A DNA stretch of 63,932 nt, counting the filler, from Octopus bimaculoides (lineage: Eukaryota), in the NCBI RefSeq assembly GCF_001194135.2. It is 9 parts of 7 records of this genome, joined end to end, with 100 filler letters (N's around TTAATTAATTAA, not from the genome) between each part and the next. Parts side by side here need not be neighbours in the genome. Positions count along the whole stretch, not along the records: positions 57,151 to 62,318 come from NC_068986.1; positions 62,419 to 63,932 come from NW_026438416.1; 7 more parts are not named here. One strand, given 5' to 3'. Within the stretch, counting starts at the first letter, position 1. Each line of letters opens with the position of its first letter. Below are positions 59,686 to 63,932 of this stretch, one piece after another. The notes under the pieces are model-generated. The model saw nothing but the letters and a program-made list of their open reading frames with translations, was not told the DNA's origin and searched no databases. The position numbers and the translations under genes are program-made.

Positions 59686-60446
59686 NNNNNNNNNNNNNNN
59701 NNNNNNNNNNNNNNNNNNNNNNNNNNNNNNNNNNNNNNNNNNNNNNNNNNNNNNNNNNNNNNNNNNNNNNNNNNNNNNNNNNNNNNNNNNNNNNNNNNNN
59801 NNNNNNNNNNNNNNNNNNNNNNNNNNNNNNNNNNNNNNNNNNNNNNNNNNNNNNNNNNNNNNNNNNNNNNNNNNNNNNNNNNNNNNNNNNNNNNNNNNNN
59901 NNNNNNNNNNNNNNNNNNNNNNNNNNNNNNNNNNNNNNNNNNNNNNNNNNNNNNNNNNNNNNNNNNNNNNNNNNNNNNNNNNNNNNNNNNNNNNNNNNNN
60001 NNNNNNNNNNNNNNNNNNNNNNNNNNNNNNNNNNNNNNNNNNNNNNNNNNNNNNNNNNNNNNNNNNNNNNNNNNNNNNNNNNNNNNNNNNNNNNNNNNNN
60101 NNNNNNNNNNNNNNNNNNNNNNNNNNNNNNNNNNNNNNNNNNNNNNNNNNNNNNNNNNNNNNNNNNNNNNNNNNNNNNNNNNNNNNNNNNNNNNNNNNNN
60201 NNNNNNNNNNNNNNNNNNNNNNNNNNNNNNNNNNNNNNNNNNNNNNNNNNNNNNNNNNNNNNNNNNNNNNNNNNNNNNNNNNNNNNNNNNNNNNNNNNNN
60301 NNNNNNNNNNNNNNNNNNNNNNNNNNNNNNNNNNNNNNNNNNNNNNNNNNNNNNNNNNNNNNNNNNNNNNNNNNNNNNNNNNNNNNNNNNNNNNNNNNNN
60401 NNNNNNNNNNNNNNNNNNNNNNNNNNNNNNNNNNNNNNNNNNNNNN

Positions 60447-60732
60447 TAAAGACAGACGAAATACCGCAAAGCATTTCACCCGGCGTGCTAACGTTTCTTA
60501 ATTCTTTATTGCCCACAAGGGGCTAAACATAGAGGGGACAAACAAGGACAGACAAAGGGATTAAGTCGATTAGATCGACCCCACTGCGTAACTGGTACTT
60601 AATTTATCGACTCCGAAAAGATGAACGGCAAAGTCGACCTCAGCGGAATTTGAACTCAGAACGTAACAGCGGACGTAATACCGCTAAGCATTTCGCTCGG
60701 CGTGCTAACGTTTCTGCCATCTCGCCGCCTTA
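60447..60732 (-). mobile_element. Dimeric SINE family A (ends in gap)
   Basis: Minus strand aaggcggcgagatggcagaaacgttagcacg...caataaagaattaaagaaacgttagcacg. Confidence 0.9.
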
Positions 60733-61622
60733 AAGGACGTATATATATTGCGTTGGGGTTAGCGTAAATGTGGCAGACATTTCTTCTCCTTCCTAACCAT
60801 CATAGTGGGTGGATGCGTGGACATTGAAATGCTGGAAGTAACTTTCTTCCGTTGAGGACTGAGAAAAGTTAACGAAATGATTTCAGGGAGTGTGAAATTC
60901 CCTGTTTGCGAAACGTTTGCCTTGAAACAGGGACCAATACATTTATTTAGCGTGAGGCGGTTGGCATAGCATTGAGTGTAGCTTATTAGAGGTAATGTGT
61001 TGGGAAGAGAGTAAAGTGGGGGCGTGAGAAAAACAGGAGAAATATCTTGAAACACAGAGACAAATAGAAACAGAGACAGGCAGACAGACAGGCAGAAGAA
61101 AATATTAATTAGAGTAATAGGAAGTATTAACATAGCATTAGATACATGATGTGTGTTGGTAACAAAAAAGACAAAGGCGGTATTTTTATCAAAGGATTTC
61201 ACGATCCTTGACGAGTTCATTGGATTTCGTTTTAACAATGGTTCTGATCATAGCTTCAAAAGAAAATTAAAAAAGTTAATATGGCACAGTTATATATCAG
61301 TGATCACATTTATCTTATCTTTTTAAAGTGAATCATTAAAGTAAAAGTTATCTTTTCTCATTATGTCTATGATTTTCATTAATTAAAATGTCTTGTTTCG
61401 CTATGTTAGACAGATTCATGCCTAGTTTACTAATTGTATTTCAAGTAACGGGTGTCTCTGGGAAATTTCTTCTTGTCACTTATATGTCTGTTATTGTTTA
61501 ACCTCAACACAGTTCTGATCCAATGGGCTGTAACATTAACGGCACTCCAGCCATGACTCCTCCCACTTTTTTTAAGGCATATTCTACTTTGGATTATATC
61601 TTCAAACATCTTTTACGACAGT

Positions 61623-61715
61623 TACTCTTTTACTCTTTTACTTGTTTCAGTCATTTTACTGCGGCCATGCTGGAGCACCGCCTTTAGTCGAGCAAATCGA
61701 CCCCAGGACTTATTT
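61623..61715 (-). mobile_element. 3' terminal fragment of SINE family B
   Basis: ttactcttttactcttttacttgtttcagtcattttactgcggccatgctggagcaccgcctttagtcgagcaaatcgaccccaggacttatt. Confidence 0.9.
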
Positions 61716-62014
61716 TGAGAGTGGTCAAAGCAGGCTTAAGAAAAGGTGTCCAAGGGTCAGGGGTGGTCAACATAGACATGCAAGATCTAATGACATCCGA
61801 ATACCACAGAGCCATACCTGAACTGTACCTACATAGAAAGCGCTGACGCAAGATGGAGGATACAAAGTAGAAAGCCTAATTGATATCTCAATGTGATAAA
61901 ATATTAATTTAGAGCTGAAAAAACCTGAACAATTGGAAGACAAACTACAATGAAAAAATACTTTGGTCATTTATCATCATCATCATCATCATTATTGTTA
62001 TTATTATTATTATT

Positions 62015-62318
62015 ATTATTATCATTATTATTATTATTATTCAGTAGTTTTATTTTTATAACGTGATTTCACTTCACTACCGAGCGCAGCTCTGTGCGCC
62101 TTGGGTATGTGCTGTGGTTTGCTGTGGTGCTCTTATGTTTACTGTATTGAAAGTGTTTTGCGTAGGATGTGTGCAGTACCCAGTAGTGCAATTTTCTGTA
62201 TGTTATATATATTTGTAAGTCCTGCTATTTTTGTTATGTATTTGTCTGAATATTTTTTTATTATACCTAAGGCACCTACTATGATAGGAATTGTTTCTGT
62301 TTTTAGATTCTACATTCG
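62015..62318 (-). mobile_element. 3' end of an R4/Dong-clade element with (TAA)n tail (same subfamily as 9800-10025)
   Basis: Minus strand NLKTETIPIIVGALGIIKKYSDKYITKIAGLTNIYNIQKIALLGTAHILRKTLSIQ*. Confidence 0.88.
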
Positions 62319-62589
62319 NNNNNNNNNNNNNNNNNNNNNNNNNNNNNNNNNNNNNNNNNNNNTTAATTAATTAANNNNNNNNNNNNNNNNNNNNNNNNNN
62401 NNNNNNNNNNNNNNNNNNTGTACGACAGTAAAGTGTACTTTAAGGGATATTCAGTGGTATTTCTAGCATTTTGAGCAAGCATGTAGAAGTTACCTCTTCA
62501 GATCGTATTAACTATAGAAATTGTATAAACTATATGGTTGACGTAACCCAACGCGTAGATTACATTTTATGTAAATGTATGTTATAGTT

Positions 62590-62934
62590 ACACACCACAC
62601 GTAGATACAGACATATATACATATATACATACATACTATACATACGTGTAATACATATATACATACATTTGTTTTTCTTGCTCATATACTAGCAGGCGGT
62701 ACCTATAATGAGATATGTTTCTTATTTCATAATTGAATAGTATTGTGCTAAGTTAAAACTGAATCGATATATCCGTCAGTGTAAAGCTACAGTATTCCTG
62801 TATACTCCCCTATATATATTTGCATATACATTACGTATCTGTATGGATATCTGTTTACATATACATGTGTTACATACTCGCACATGTGTGTATACATATG
62901 TGTATACATATGTATAAACACTCACACATTATAC

Positions 62935-62968
<34 letters not shown>

Positions 62969-63676
62969 NNNNNNNNNNTATATATATATATATATATACG
63001 CATGTGTTACCCTGCGTTTATTAGTTTTTGTGCTTTTACCTTTATAATTCCTCATATATGGTTGAATGAACCTTACAACTTTATCGTAGAGGTATGTATC
63101 TTCAAGGCACGGGCGTATGTGTGCATGTGTGTGTGTATACGTACGTATGCGCACACGTGCGTTTGCTCATGTATGCAATTCAGTCAATTGTTTATAAAAC
63201 ACAGGCAACTACAAACTCCAGTAAGGAACACGCTTTTCTAAACATAATAGACCGGAACTTTTTCCTGACACACAAATATTCGCAATTCGCGTTTCCGTTT
63301 ATTTCAGAAAAATCATTGAGTCAGTTTATTACCTTCAATTCAGCAATCCCATAATATTCTTTCTATAATGCTTCGCTATGCAATAATGGTCTCACCAAAC
63401 TGTAGTTTATATATTTATGCATGTATGTGCGTATATATTTATAGTGTATATGTGAGTGAACACTTATGCATTCATATACTATACACATAGGCATATAAAT
63501 CTGTATACATATACACGTACTCAGACATACATACACACACATNNNNNNNNNNTATAAATCTGTATACATATACACGTACTCAGACATACATACACACACA
63601 TATACAAAAACACACACAAAGACTCACACACACAAACATACACATATATATGCAGGATATGAATGCATAACTGTAT

Positions 63677-63715
<39 letters not shown>

Positions 63716-63725
63716 NNNNNNNNNN

Positions 63726-63768
<43 letters not shown>

Positions 63769-63888
63769 TATATAACAGCATATTAAGCACTCACATATTA
63801 GTGTGCACGTTATATATATATATGTACATCTATCAATTTATCTACATACATGTATAGTAGATGGATAGACATATATACAGACAAAGTC

Positions 63889-63932
<44 letters not shown>
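62590..63932. repeat. Low-complexity (TA)/(CATA)/(CA)/(GATA)n region
   Basis: Direct reading. Confidence 0.85.

Overview
AT-rich, gap-ridden, repeat-dominated eukaryotic DNA. I found no host protein-coding exon, rRNA, true tRNA gene or CRISPR array that the sequence supports. The dense tRNA-derived SINEs, very abundant microsatellites and R4/RTE/CR1/Penelope/mariner relics look like a coleoid cephalopod, probably Octopus; this is an inference from repeat style, not a database result. The window is most likely intergenic or deep intronic. Main contents: (i) head-to-tail pile-ups of R4/Dong-type (restriction-like endonuclease) non-LTR retrotransposon fragments, each bounded by (TAA)n; (ii) several tRNA-headed SINE families (working labels A-D plus one ribozyme-bearing family), including a recurrent dimer; (iii) an internally deleted mariner, a pogo/Tigger-like end and hAT-like non-autonomous elements; (iv) RTE, CR1 and Penelope ORF relics; (v) a ~7.5 kb CpG-rich (AACG/TACG) satellite with higher-order structure; (vi) several long inverted repeats. 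The most interesting signal is three unrelated short repeats carrying minimal type-I hammerhead-ribozyme motifs of the Penelope-associated kind. One sits inside a tRNA-headed SINE (two copies), one in a 144-bp-arm palindrome (U3:A8 core variant) and one in a (TA)n-flanked element (A6U variant). All alignments and folds were done by eye. Nearly all ORFs in the supplied track are artefacts of microsatellites or N gaps.
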